NCBI GenBank assembly: GCA_030704665.1
Contig: JAUYID010000009.1
Span: forward strand, 857,702 to 921,701
Length of the DNA: 64,000 nucleotides
Reading direction: 5' to 3'
Source: a bacterium
GTDB lineage: Bacteria > Patescibacteriota > Microgenomatia > Woykebacterales > RBG-16-39-9b
A model generated the notes under the pieces. That model searched no databases. It saw nothing but the letters and a program-made list of their open reading frames with translations, and had not been told where the DNA came from. How positions within the stretch are numbered: position 1 is the stretch's first letter; every line of letters begins with the position of its first letter. Below are positions 9,869 to 18,452 of the stretch, piece by piece. The translations under genes were made by a program, and so were the position numbers.

Positions 9869-9896
9869 AAAATAAAAATAACTGTGTTAATTTTTC

Positions 9897-10601
9897 CTAA
9901 AGCGCTTTCTTCAGAGCCTCTTCAACAGAGCTGAGAATCTCCTCGTTACTCACCCGCATTGTCGAGTAGTCAGCTATCCAAGCAATCTTACCTTCCTTGT
10001 TGACCAAAACAAAGGTGTGTCCCGGACGATCTGAGTGCATTTGTGATGGCATTGAAAGCACTCCGTAGGTTTGCGACATTTCTCGGTCCGCATCTATCAG
10101 GATAGGTATTTCCTTGATTCCTTCTGCTCGCAATATTGGTTTCCACTCAGCAGCAGAATCAACACCAACGGTAACAATTTCCGTCTGTATTTGTTCAAAA
10201 GAAGCTAAATCTCTCTCCAAAGTACCAATTTGTTTCCAACAGGGTTGGCACATTAACCCCTCTTGAAAATAAAGCAAGATATTTTTTCCTGAATAATCGG
10301 CCAAAGACACTTGCCTACCATCGGCCGCTGGCAGTCTAAAGCTCGGTGCCGAAGCACCAAGCTTCAAATTACTAGTTTGCGCTAGTCCAGACGTAGCTGA
10401 ACCACCTTGCTCAGTAGGTTTGGCTGTTAACCAAAGGTAACCTAGGCCCAGAATCAACAGCAGCAAACTAAAACCGAAGGCCAATTTTGTAGTCAACGAT
10501 TTTATTTTCTCAGATTTTCTGTTTTGCTCTTGAAAATCTTTGAGAAACTGGCGTTTTTCTTTTTTTGACAGCGCTGACAGGTCAGTTTGTTTCTGATTCA
10601 T
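9897..10601 (-). CDS. membrane-anchored thioredoxin-fold thiol:disulfide oxidoreductase (TlpA/redoxin family)
   Basis: 234 aa; N-terminal TM; CQPC active site within a redoxin-like domain. Confidence 0.65.
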   Translation of the reverse strand: MNQKQTDLSALSKKEKRQFLKDFQEQNRKSEKIKSLTTKLAFGFSLLLLILGLGYLWLTAKPTEQGGSATSGLAQTSNLKLGASAPSFRLPAADGRQVSLADYSGKNILLYFQEGLMCQPCWKQIGTLERDLASFEQIQTEIVTVGVDSAAEWKPILRAEGIKEIPILIDADREMSQTYGVLSMPSQMHSDRPGHTFVLVNKEGKIAWIADYSTMRVSNEEILSSVEEALKKAL

Positions 10602-11475
10602 CAGTTTTCACCTCCTTCTTTGGTGTTTTTGAGAAGAAGCCTTTGTAGATAAACAAGCCCGCAATTACAAACAAAATCACTAAAAAGATAAAGTCTGGTA
10701 AGCCTTTGGTGGCAAGCGCAATGCTCTCAATTTGGGAGCTAGCATAACCTGAAAGGGCTTTTTGCCAACTCGGAGCCAAAGACTCATTACCTACCCAAGC
10801 TAGGTAAAGCACGAAAATACCCATCAACAAAAACATTGTTCCAGAAGCAAGGTTTGTGGTGTGAGAGTGAAATTGTTTTCCGAAGACTTTAAAAGAGAAT
10901 AATTTGCCTTTGACGAGTGGGCTTTTGGACCATTCAAATTGATCCCAGAAATAAGCCATCACAAAAAGAGGAAAGACCATTCCAAAAACATAGATCAGAC
11001 TGAGAATAAGGGCTTGAACTAAGCTAGCTGAAATCGCAGTTAGCGTCAGCACTCCGGCCAAAACCGGAGCGCAGCAAGAGCTAGCTGCCCCAGAAAAAAC
11101 CCCCAGAATAAAAACAGAGGTGTAGTTTTGTGGGTTCCATTTCACTGCTGTCTTAGCAAAAGGTAGTTCAAAACTTTTGCCTAACAGGGAAAATAACCCT
11201 AGAAATACCAAAAAGATTCCGGCAAGCAGAAAAATTTCTTGATGAAACCTACTAAAAACCTGAGCTAGAGCTGCTACACCAATTCCGATCGGTACCAGAA
11301 CTACCGCGACTCCAGCGCCAAAAACAGTTGTTACCTTGAGAATATCAACTCGGCTTTTGAAAGCGTGGGCAAAGTACGATGGCAACATAAACGTGATGCA
11401 ACAGGGAGCGATCAAAGCTAACATCCCGCCAAAAAAAGCGGCTACTGCGGAGGTGTTAAAAAGAAGTGCTTGCAT
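10582..11475 (-). CDS. ccdA: CcdA/DsbD-family transmembrane thiol-disulfide transporter
   Basis: 297 aa polytopic membrane protein. Paired cysteines in TM1 (APCC) and a later TM (SSCCAPV), as in CcdA. Confidence 0.6.
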   Translation of the reverse strand: MQALLFNTSAVAAFFGGMLALIAPCCITFMLPSYFAHAFKSRVDILKVTTVFGAGVAVVLVPIGIGVAALAQVFSRFHQEIFLLAGIFLVFLGLFSLLGKSFELPFAKTAVKWNPQNYTSVFILGVFSGAASSCCAPVLAGVLTLTAISASLVQALILSLIYVFGMVFPLFVMAYFWDQFEWSKSPLVKGKLFSFKVFGKQFHSHTTNLASGTMFLLMGIFVLYLAWVGNESLAPSWQKALSGYASSQIESIALATKGLPDFIFLVILFVIAGLFIYKGFFSKTPKKEVKTDESETN

Positions 11476-11480
11476 AAATT

Positions 11481-11672
11481 TTAACCTTCAGTGGCAAATT
11501 CGCTTGGAGCTTTTCTAAATTCTTCAAGACAGTTTGCAGAGCAAAAATAGTACGTTTTGCCCTTGAAACTTGCCTTCAAATCCTCGTTTCGCAAAACTCG
11601 CATTCCGCAAACTGGATCGCTGGCCATCTCTTTTTCGGCGGCGAAATATTTACTAAAATTAAAAAATTTCAT
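11481..11672 (-). CDS. YHS-domain (TRASH-like) copper-binding protein
   Basis: 63 aa; CGM...YYFCSANC motif. Confidence 0.65.
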   Translation of the reverse strand: MKFFNFSKYFAAEKEMASDPVCGMRVLRNEDLKASFKGKTYYFCSANCLEEFRKAPSEFATEG

Positions 11673-11684
11673 GTCTTCCTCGAA

Positions 11685-11870
11685 TTATTTTTTCTGAATC
11701 TGCTTCCAAAGCCAAACTATCCCAAGGACCAAAGCAATAATTACCAAGATCCAGGTTAGCAACATAAAAACCATCATCGACCCAAAGAAAAAGGGTGAGC
11801 TTCCATACATATGATCAAAGTAAACTGGACCGGCAGAGTCGGTTGCTCGATAAAACATAGGGCCAAACAT
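11685..11870 (-). CDS. small single-TM protein, hypothetical
   Basis: 61-aa ORF between csoR and the YHS gene; hydrophobic core. Confidence 0.3.
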   Translation of the reverse strand: MFGPMFYRATDSAGPVYFDHMYGSSPFFFGSMMVFMLLTWILVIIALVLGIVWLWKQIQKK

Positions 11871-11876
11871 TTATTT

Positions 11877-12137
11877 TCACCTCCTTTTGAAAACTTCTAA
11901 GAGCTCTTCTAAGGCTTTCTCGTCACTCTTTCCACCCAACTTTGGTACTACACAGGTATGTAAGTGTGAGTTCAGAATGACCTCATCAGATTTTTTTATT
12001 GCTGCCTGGACCGCGGACGATTGCAAGAGCACGTCCGGGCAGTACTCACCATCATCAACCATTTCAATAACTCGACTCAAATGTCCCCGAGCTCTCTTTA
12101 GTCTTTTTAAAACTTGCTCTTTAATTTCTTGGTTCAT
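11877..12137 (-). CDS. csoR: CsoR/RcnR-family metal-sensing transcriptional repressor
   Basis: 86 aa. RLKRARGHLSRVIEMVDDGEYCPDVLLQSSAVQAAI matches the CsoR fold, with the Cys-His-Cys ligand set (C...H..C) present. Confidence 0.8.
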   Translation of the reverse strand: MNQEIKEQVLKRLKRARGHLSRVIEMVDDGEYCPDVLLQSSAVQAAIKKSDEVILNSHLHTCVVPKLGGKSDEKALEELLEVFKRR

Positions 12138-12167
12138 AGGTTTTTACCAAATTTAAACCATCTTCTA

Positions 12168-12213
12168 GTATCCCCCCATGGGGGTTATACCCTAACTATA
12201 CACTTCTTGTCAA
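12168..12213 (-). promoter_or_regulatory. candidate sigma-70-type promoter (TTGACA-18-TATAAC) with overlapping GC-rich palindrome (CsoR-type operator) upstream of csoR
   Basis: Minus strand: -35 at 12213-12208, -10 at 12189-12184. Palindrome TATCCCCCCATGGGGGTTATA at 12169-12189 overlaps the -10 and +1 region. Confidence 0.5.
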
Positions 12214-12256
12214 GGATAGGAAAGTCTTTTATCTTGATCTAGCAGAAGGTTCGGGG

Positions 12257-13027
12257 TTAAACGTGTAGAAGCTTGATAGTTGCATACACAGCCACTACCC
12301 CAACAACAAAAAATATTGCTTGGTGGAATTTCCGATCGCGCAAATAAAGATGCTGAAGCTCGGGGATAATGTCAGAAGCGGCAATATAGATAAACATTCC
12401 ACTAGTAAAAGCCAGAATAAGGCCTAAATAAGGGCTTATAAGCTCTGATAGAAATAAAGCCAGCAAGGCCCCTAATATCGCCGTCATTCCCGACAAAATA
12501 TTAAAAAATATCACTTTTTTCGCCCCGAGATCGCTTCTCAGCAAAATAGTAAAATCTGATATTTCTTGAGGAATTTCATGAGTAGCTACAGCCAAAGAAG
12601 TAGTAATCCCGATAGGAACACTTACCAAAAAACTGCTGGCGATAGCAAAACCATCGATAAAATTGTGAAAGCCATCACCAAACAAAATCAAACTAACTAT
12701 GGATTTTCTTCTTGAACCCTCCAACTTTTCTTGATCTTGCTCATGAGGATGAAAGGCAACGAAAAACCTCTCTAGAAAAAAGAAGGTAACCAGCCCCAGC
12801 AAGGCAGCCAAAAATATATTTGGGTCTTGCTTTGTTTCTCTCAAAGCCTCTGGTAGAAGGTCCAAAAAGGCAGTCGCAAGCAAAACACCCGCAGCAAAGG
12901 AAAGTAAAAGCACACTATTTTCTCCTTCCCAAAGCCTGCGTTTCAGCAATATTAAACCTCCAGCCAAAGACAAAATACTGCCAATGAAGGTAAAGACCAA
13001 AACGTAGATAGTTGTTTCAAGACTCAT
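12257..13027 (-). CDS. zupT: ZIP-family zinc/metal transporter
   Basis: ZIP signatures HNFIDGFAI and HEIPQEISDF. ATG at 13027 preceded by GGAG RBS; the longer track start (13051) has no RBS. Overlaps the zur stop. Confidence 0.75.
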   Translation of the reverse strand: MSLETTIYVLVFTFIGSILSLAGGLILLKRRLWEGENSVLLLSFAAGVLLATAFLDLLPEALRETKQDPNIFLAALLGLVTFFFLERFFVAFHPHEQDQEKLEGSRRKSIVSLILFGDGFHNFIDGFAIASSFLVSVPIGITTSLAVATHEIPQEISDFTILLRSDLGAKKVIFFNILSGMTAILGALLALFLSELISPYLGLILAFTSGMFIYIAASDIIPELQHLYLRDRKFHQAIFFVVGVVAVYATIKLLHV

Positions 13028-13442
13028 TTTTACACTCCCTACAAAGACCAAAGAATTCTAAATTGTGGTCTTCGATTTTGAAATTAGTTTTTTGAGCAGT
13101 TTTTTCTACAAACTCTTCGGCCGCCAGACTACTCAAATCTTCAAGCTTTCCGCAATTGCGGCAAACGACATGGTGATGATGGGGTCGATCACTAACTAGC
13201 TCGTAAGAGAAACCGTTTTTATCAAAGCTAAGCCGTTTAACCAGATTTAGTCCTTCAAGCATCTCCAGATTGCGATAAACGCTCGTCAAATTTGCTTTCG
13301 GAAGTTTGGTAGTTATTCCGAAAAAAACAGCCGCCGGGGTGAGAGGCAGCTTCGTTTTTTCAAGGACGGCAATAATTTCCTGGCGCACATCAGTAATTTT
13401 GACTTTGTTTTCTTTTAGAAATCCCAAGATATCTTTTCTCAT
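13017..13442 (-). CDS. zur: Fur-family metalloregulator (likely Zur)
   Basis: HHHHVVCRNCGK...CRECK (paired CxxC) and Fur-type DNA-binding N-terminus. Start moved to ATG 13442, because the track's TTG-13490 extension would translate through the promoter and operator. Confidence 0.7.
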   Translation of the reverse strand: MRKDILGFLKENKVKITDVRQEIIAVLEKTKLPLTPAAVFFGITTKLPKANLTSVYRNLEMLEGLNLVKRLSFDKNGFSYELVSDRPHHHHVVCRNCGKLEDLSSLAAEEFVEKTAQKTNFKIEDHNLEFFGLCRECKNES

Positions 13443-13490
13443 GTTGCAAATTACTTGCAACAATATATGCAACTCACTTGCATTTGTCAA
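13443..13490 (-). promoter_or_regulatory. consensus promoter (TTGACA-17-TATATT) plus perfect 7-5-7 palindrome GTTGCAAGTAATTTGCAAC (candidate Zur box) upstream of zur-zupT
   Basis: Minus strand: -35 at 13490-13485, -10 at 13467-13462. Palindrome at 13461-13443 lies between the -10 and the ATG. Confidence 0.5.
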
Positions 13491-13505
13491 GAGCTTTTTT
13501 GGCTT

Positions 13506-13877
13506 TTAGTTGGGTAAAAGTCTTTTGATATGGGCCACGACCTGAGACGGAAGTGTGTTGGCTTTAATTAAATATTCGGTCGCTCCGAGTTTAATCGCTC
13601 GGCGCAAAAATTTGTCGTCGTCCAGGTTCGTCAGAACTACTACCGGCGTCTCGGTGGTTTTTGGATTTGCTTTGATCTTCTCCAAAACATGAAAGCCGTC
13701 AAACCCTGGAATCATAATATCGAGAACCACCAAATCAACTTCTTCTTTTCCTAGCATATCAACCGCTTTCGGACCGGTATCCGCAACCGAAATAGCAAAT
13801 CCGGCTTTTTCAAGTTGATGCTGGTAGGCCTCGCGTTCAATATTGTCGTCCTCTACAAAGAGAATTCTTTTGGCCAT
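13506..13877 (-). CDS. stand-alone response regulator receiver (CheY-like) protein
   Basis: 123 aa. Acidic pocket (VEDD...D at LVVLDIMIP) and a conserved K; no output domain. Confidence 0.7.
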   Translation of the reverse strand: MAKRILFVEDDNIEREAYQHQLEKAGFAISVADTGPKAVDMLGKEEVDLVVLDIMIPGFDGFHVLEKIKANPKTTETPVVVLTNLDDDKFLRRAIKLGATEYLIKANTLPSQVVAHIKRLLPN

Positions 13878-14437
13878 GATCTAAATTTTACACGAAGACA
13901 AGGATTTAGCAAACTATTTTTCTTTTTGTGACCTAGCTTACGCTGAATCTAGCTCATGCCCAACCTTCTCTGGTTTAAAGATCTCTCTATCTTGAGTTGA
14001 TTGTGAGAGTGAATTTAGGTAAATGATTAAACAAAGTTTAGGATGGGGAGGGAGCGTGCTTTCACAGAGGCTCCCTTCCACAAGCAGCACTCTCCCCTTC
14101 ACGCCTACCTCGATAACGACTTCATCCACCCAACAGTACCAAGAAACGTGGCTATTCCAATAGTGAACAAAACCACGCCCGAGTTCCACATCGTTGAGCT
14201 TCTGTTCACCAACATGAGGATTTCCCCAGCCAGGGCAATCTCACACTCAATGAACATAAGTGGTACCAGGACAATAATGTCCTCGAGACTAGGTAGATTC
14301 GAGACTACCTTAGACACAGTTCAACCTCCTCTACTTTCCGTTTTTTGCTATTCTAGCATATTTTCTAGCCCTTGCTACCTAACTTGACTTTTTCTACACT
14401 GGTTTCTATATTTAACTGACCAAAGGAGGTATTTATT

Positions 14438-14818
14438 ATGATTCGTGGTTTAGAATCCGTCATGCTTTTTAGTGGGAGCCCAAAAGAATTGGCCAACTTT
14501 TATCAAGACAAGGTGGGTCTAAAGATAAAAGAAGAATTCGAAGCCGAAGATGGAGCGGCTGGCTTTGAAATGCAAATTGGTGATGGTGGTTTGCTCTATA
14601 TCAACCCTAGCTCAGAAGTAAACGGTAAAGCAAAGGACCCGCAAAGAATGATGCTTAATATCGAAGTCGATGATGCCGAAAAAGAAGCTGACCGTCTCAA
14701 ATCATCTGGAGTAGAGCAAATCGAACCTGTCTACCATATGGAAGGTTACGGTTTGATTTCCACTTTTGCCGATCCAGATGGAAACTACTTTCAGCTTGCT
14801 CAGGTTCGCGCTTCTTGA
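14438..14818 (+). CDS. VOC (glyoxalase/bleomycin-resistance) family protein
   Basis: 126 aa with a strong RBS AAAGGAGGT. A plausible VOC/glyoxalase-fold protein by size and sequence character; no diagnostic motif confirmed. Confidence 0.6.
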   Translation: MIRGLESVMLFSGSPKELANFYQDKVGLKIKEEFEAEDGAAGFEMQIGDGGLLYINPSSEVNGKAKDPQRMMLNIEVDDAEKEADRLKSSGVEQIEPVYHMEGYGLISTFADPDGNYFQLAQVRAS

Positions 14819-14874
14819 GTTGGGAAAATGAAACATGGTTTGAAAAGAACCTGTTGTTGTGTCAGAATTAAGAC

Positions 14875-15072
14875 ATGTTTGAAACAAACCGGGCTGATAG
14901 TCCTCTAGTTCGTTTGAAACGAATTAGCCCACTTTTTTGGGGAATTCTACTTCTTGCCCTGGCCTCTTTGTTGGTTCTAATACCTTGGCGTTTTTTCAAA
15001 CTCTTGGCAATCCTTCCTCTAGTAATTGGGGGCCTTTTGGTTTACCAAGCCATTTGGCACAACAAGTATTAG
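14875..15072 (+). CDS. small two-TM membrane protein, hypothetical
   Basis: 65-aa hydrophobic ORF. Confidence 0.3.
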   Translation: MFETNRADSPLVRLKRISPLFWGILLLALASLLVLIPWRFFKLLAILPLVIGGLLVYQAIWHNKY

Positions 15073-15106
15073 TCCAACCCTCTATTACACCTATTCCAAC
15101 TTAACT

Positions 15107-15571
15107 TTATCGTTTTGGAGATTGTTTGCGGGCGCGAGCTTTTCCAGCAAAACCGTATTTGCGTCTTTCTTTTTCTCGTGGGTCACGCGTCAAAAGTTTT
15201 TTCTTTGCCAAAGGCTCACGAAGGGTTTCATCAAAAGTAATCAAAGCATTGGCAATCCCATGGACAGTTGCTCCAAGCTGGCTGGATATACCCCCACCGC
15301 GTACTTTTACTGAGACGCCAAGTTGACCGACTCTATCAACAACGTTGAGTGGTTCTTTTAAATTTGCTTTCAGAGCCTGACCCTTAAAATAGTCTTCGGC
15401 TGGCTTTTCATTGACGGTGATTTTTCCATTCTTTTCTAGCCAAATCCGCACCCGAGCAACGGCTCGTTTTCGTCTTCCCACCGCACCAAACCACTCAACT
15501 TTCTTGCTTGGTTTTTCTTTTTCCGGCTCTTCAGTTGTTTTTTCTAGTGCTTCTTTTTTTGCTTTTGCCAT
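15107..15571 (-). CDS. rpsI: 30S ribosomal protein S9 (K/E-rich N-terminal extension)
   Basis: GRRKRAVARVRI...GGG..QLGA..HGIA motifs. Confidence 0.9.
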   Translation of the reverse strand: MAKAKKEALEKTTEEPEKEKPSKKVEWFGAVGRRKRAVARVRIWLEKNGKITVNEKPAEDYFKGQALKANLKEPLNVVDRVGQLGVSVKVRGGGISSQLGATVHGIANALITFDETLREPLAKKKLLTRDPREKERRKYGFAGKARARKQSPKR

Positions 15572-15574
15572 ATT

Positions 15575-16051
15575 TTAAACCTCAAGTGTTTCAAATTTTT
15601 GCGCCTCGTGTGGATGACTAGATCCAGAGTAGATAAACAGATGTCTTCGCAAAGATTTGCCCATTCTGTTTTTTGGTAGCATACCAAAAACTGCGTGATT
15701 AATTATCTCCTCAGGTTTTTGACTTCTCAATTGAGCTAGGGTCCTTTCTCTCAATCCTGAGGGGTAGCCGGAGTAACGATAGTACTTTTTGTTTTCTTCT
15801 TTTCGACCGCTGACTTCAACTTTTCCGGCATTGATGATCACGACTCTGGATTGTGGGATTTCATAGCTTTTTCGCTTTGGGTCGTTTTTGTCCAAAAGGA
15901 TACTGGCGACTTTGGCCGCTACTTTACCCAAAATGCTTCCTTGAGCATTAACCAAATACCAGTTTATTGGTTTGCTGGTTACTTGCTTCTTAACTCTCGT
16001 TTTGTTTAAAACGTTACTTTTTACTTGTTTTTCTTTCTTTTTTTGTTCCAT
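15575..16051 (-). CDS. rplM: 50S ribosomal protein L13 (N-terminal extension; start uncertain)
   Basis: WYLVNAQGSILGKVAAKVA...GMLPKN motifs. Track start overlaps the rplQ 3' end by 38 nt. Confidence 0.85.
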   Translation of the reverse strand: MEQKKKEKQVKSNVLNKTRVKKQVTSKPINWYLVNAQGSILGKVAAKVASILLDKNDPKRKSYEIPQSRVVIINAGKVEVSGRKEENKKYYRYSGYPSGLRERTLAQLRSQKPEEIINHAVFGMLPKNRMGKSLRRHLFIYSGSSHPHEAQKFETLEV

Positions 16052-16499
16052 CTTTGCTTACCTGCGCTTTGGCTGGCGTTGTTTTCTTTACCTTGGTTGT
16101 TTTTGTTTCTTTCTTAGCCTCTACCACTTCCTCAGTCTTCTTCACTTTGTTTGGAGCAGAAACCTCTTCGACAAATTCTATTTTTGCCATTTTTGCCCTA
16201 TCCCCGAAACGGGGGTTAAGTTTGGTGATACGAAGATAACCTCCTGGTCGGGTTTTGAATTTGGGTCCCACCAGATCAAACATTTTGGCAACTGCGTTGG
16301 GATTCCCTAGTGAACCCGCGACTTGGCGGCGAGAGTGAATGTCTGCTTTTTTTGCTTTTGTTATCAGTTTTTCAAGGATTGGTCTGACCGCCTTAGCCTT
16401 AGCTTGTGTTGTCTCGATCTTCTCATGAAGAATCAAAGAAACAGCTAAGCTCCTAAATAAGGCTTTTCTTTGATTTGTGTTGCGGCCAAACTTTCTCAT
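16014..16499 (-). CDS. rplQ: 50S ribosomal protein L17 (Lys-rich C-terminal tail)
   Basis: MRKFGRNTNQRKALFRSLAVSLILHEKIETT is a typical L17 N-terminus. Confidence 0.9.
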   Translation of the reverse strand: MRKFGRNTNQRKALFRSLAVSLILHEKIETTQAKAKAVRPILEKLITKAKKADIHSRRQVAGSLGNPNAVAKMFDLVGPKFKTRPGGYLRITKLNPRFGDRAKMAKIEFVEEVSAPNKVKKTEEVVEAKKETKTTKVKKTTPAKAQVSKDGTKKERKTSKK

Positions 16500-16504
16500 T
16501 ATCT

Positions 16505-17401
16505 TTAGAATCCCTTTTCTTTAAGTCTTTGTTCAATGTCGCTGATTGATTTTGCGCCCATATTTTTGAGTTTAACCAACTCTTCTTTGGGGGTTTCAAT
16601 GAGCTGGCCGACAGTATTAATATCGGCATTTTTCAACGAATTCGTAATTCGGGTCGAAAGCTCTAGCTCTTCAATCAAAGCTTCTTGATCAATTTTTGGT
16701 TTCGGTGCAGATTCTTTTTCTTTTTTAGCACTTTTCTTCTGTTCAACCAAAACATTGAAGTAGCTGGTCAGGATTTTCGCAGCTTCTTTCACTGCCTCTG
16801 CCGGGCTTACAGTTCCGTCTGTGGCGACATTCAAGGTCAGTTTGTCAAAATTGGTAATTTGTCCGACACGAGTGGCCTCAACTTTGTAATTTACCTTGCT
16901 TACTGGAGTAAAGGTTGCGTCCAAAGGAATGGTGCCAATACCCAAAGACCTTCGATCCTCAACCGGAACGTAACCAATTCCCTTTTCAGCTGTCAGATCC
17001 ATCTCAACTTTGGATTTGGTATCCGAAAGTGAGGCGATGTGTTGATCGGGGTTGGTAATTTTTACTCCCGCCGGTAATTTAATATCGGCAGCAGTAATAT
17101 CCTTGGGTCCTTTTACTTCCAAAGTGAGCTTGACTGGCTTGTCGGAATCTATCTGCAAACGGATTTTCTTTAAGTTCAAAAGTATCTCAACTACATCCTC
17201 CTTAACACCCTTGATAGTCGAATACTCATGGGCAACACCAGCTATTTTTACTTGAGTAATCGCCCCACCGGGAAGCGAGGAAAGCAGGATACGACGCAAA
17301 GAGTTACCCAAGGTCATACCATAACCTTGTGGAAGTGGCTCGACAACGATTGAGCCGTCTTTGCTACCACCTTCTTGGTGAATTTTAACTTGGTCTACCA
17401 T
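16505..17401 (-). CDS. rpoA: DNA-directed RNA polymerase alpha subunit
   Basis: N-terminal domain (LGNSLRRILLSS), a Lys/Glu-rich insert, and a C-terminal domain. Confidence 0.9.
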   Translation of the reverse strand: MVDQVKIHQEGGSKDGSIVVEPLPQGYGMTLGNSLRRILLSSLPGGAITQVKIAGVAHEYSTIKGVKEDVVEILLNLKKIRLQIDSDKPVKLTLEVKGPKDITAADIKLPAGVKITNPDQHIASLSDTKSKVEMDLTAEKGIGYVPVEDRRSLGIGTIPLDATFTPVSKVNYKVEATRVGQITNFDKLTLNVATDGTVSPAEAVKEAAKILTSYFNVLVEQKKSAKKEKESAPKPKIDQEALIEELELSTRITNSLKNADINTVGQLIETPKEELVKLKNMGAKSISDIEQRLKEKGF

Positions 17402-17456
17402 TTATACCTCCAAAAATAATAATAAACGACCTTTCAAGGCCTCAGCTTAAAGAAGC

Positions 17457-18080
17457 TTATCGACTATAAAACTCGACAATCAACTGTTCGTTGATGTCAG
17501 CACCAATATCTTCTCGGCTGGGCAAAGTTTTGACTCTACCAACCAAGGCCTTGCGTTCCAACCATTCGGGAACACTGTCTTTGGTTGCTTCAACAGCCTC
17601 TTTTACCAATTCAAACTTTTGTGCCTTTTCGCTCAAACTAATGACATCTCCGCTTTTGGTTGCGAAGGAAGGAATATCAACCTTTTTTTCATTGACTCGA
17701 ATGTGCCCATGATTAGCTAGTTGTCGAGCCTGTGCTCGAGAAGCAGCCAAACCGAGCCGGTAAACAACATTATCAAGCCTGGTCTCAAGGTTTTGCAAGA
17801 GCGTTTCTCCGGTTGCGCCTTTTTTCTTGGCCGCTGCTTCGTAGTAGCGTCGAAATTGTCTTTCAAGCAGCCCGTACATTCGCTTTACTTTTTGCTTTTC
17901 GCGCAGCTGGATACCGTAATCAGAAACCTTACGTCGACTAGATTTATTACCGTGCTGTCCCGGAGGAACAGCCCCTTTTTTTGAAATTGGATGCTTTGTG
18001 AGACTTCTTTTTCCCTTTAGGAAAAGGTTTGTGCCCTCACGACGATCCAGTCTAAATTTTGGTCCAGTATAGCGTGCCAT
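17457..18080 (-). CDS. rpsD: 30S ribosomal protein S4
   Basis: MARYTGPKFRLDRREG... Confidence 0.95.
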   Translation of the reverse strand: MARYTGPKFRLDRREGTNLFLKGKRSLTKHPISKKGAVPPGQHGNKSSRRKVSDYGIQLREKQKVKRMYGLLERQFRRYYEAAAKKKGATGETLLQNLETRLDNVVYRLGLAASRAQARQLANHGHIRVNEKKVDIPSFATKSGDVISLSEKAQKFELVKEAVEATKDSVPEWLERKALVGRVKTLPSREDIGADINEQLIVEFYSR

Positions 18081-18452
18081 TTAAACCCTACGTCTCTTTC
18101 TTGGTTTTGGTCCATTGTGCGGTATCGGAGTGACATCGGCAATTGCTTTGATCGCCAAACCACTATTGCGCAAAGCCCTGATCGCTGCATCCCGGCCCGC
18201 TCCTGGTCCCTTGACATAAACTTCAACGTCTCTAACCCCTGCCTCGTTTAGTTTTCTACTCAAATTCTCGACCGCGGTTGAAGCAGCATAAGGAGTTGAT
18301 TTTCGCGCTCCTTTAAAGCCTGACGCCCCGGCACTACTCCAGGCGATAGTGTTTCCGGTCATATCAGTGACAGTCACCAGAGTGTTGTTAAAACTGGCAC
18401 TGATAAAAACTTTGGCTGAACCGACTTGTTTTCTTTCTTTTGCTTTTGCCAT
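18081..18452 (-). CDS. rpsK: 30S ribosomal protein S11
   Basis: ...[13 protein letters not shown]...[13 protein letters not shown]. Confidence 0.95.
   Translation of the reverse strand: MAKAKERKQVGSAKVFISASFNNTLVTVTDMTGNTIAWSSAGASGFKGARKSTPYAASTAVENLSRKLNEAGVRDVEVYVKGPGAGRDAAIRALRNSGLAIKAIADVTPIPHNGPKPRKRRRV

Noticed and set aside
14041-14347. tmRNA, RNase P RNA or SRP RNA assignment for the structured region
   Set aside because: I could not find GGAAAGTCC/AGGGCAG (RNase P), a tag ORF with a T-arm adjacent to the acceptor strand (tmRNA), or the domain IV GGAA...AAGCAGC (SRP) in the correct arrangement on either strand. Left as an unassigned candidate.
14043-14387. 114-aa + strand ORF in the GC-rich noncoding region
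   Set aside because: Implausible amino-acid composition and no RBS; the region is treated as noncoding or structured instead.
17402-17456. Short hairpin plus T-rich stretch between rpsD and rpoA as an internal terminator
   Set aside because: The stems are only about 5 bp and imperfect; more likely plain spacer.
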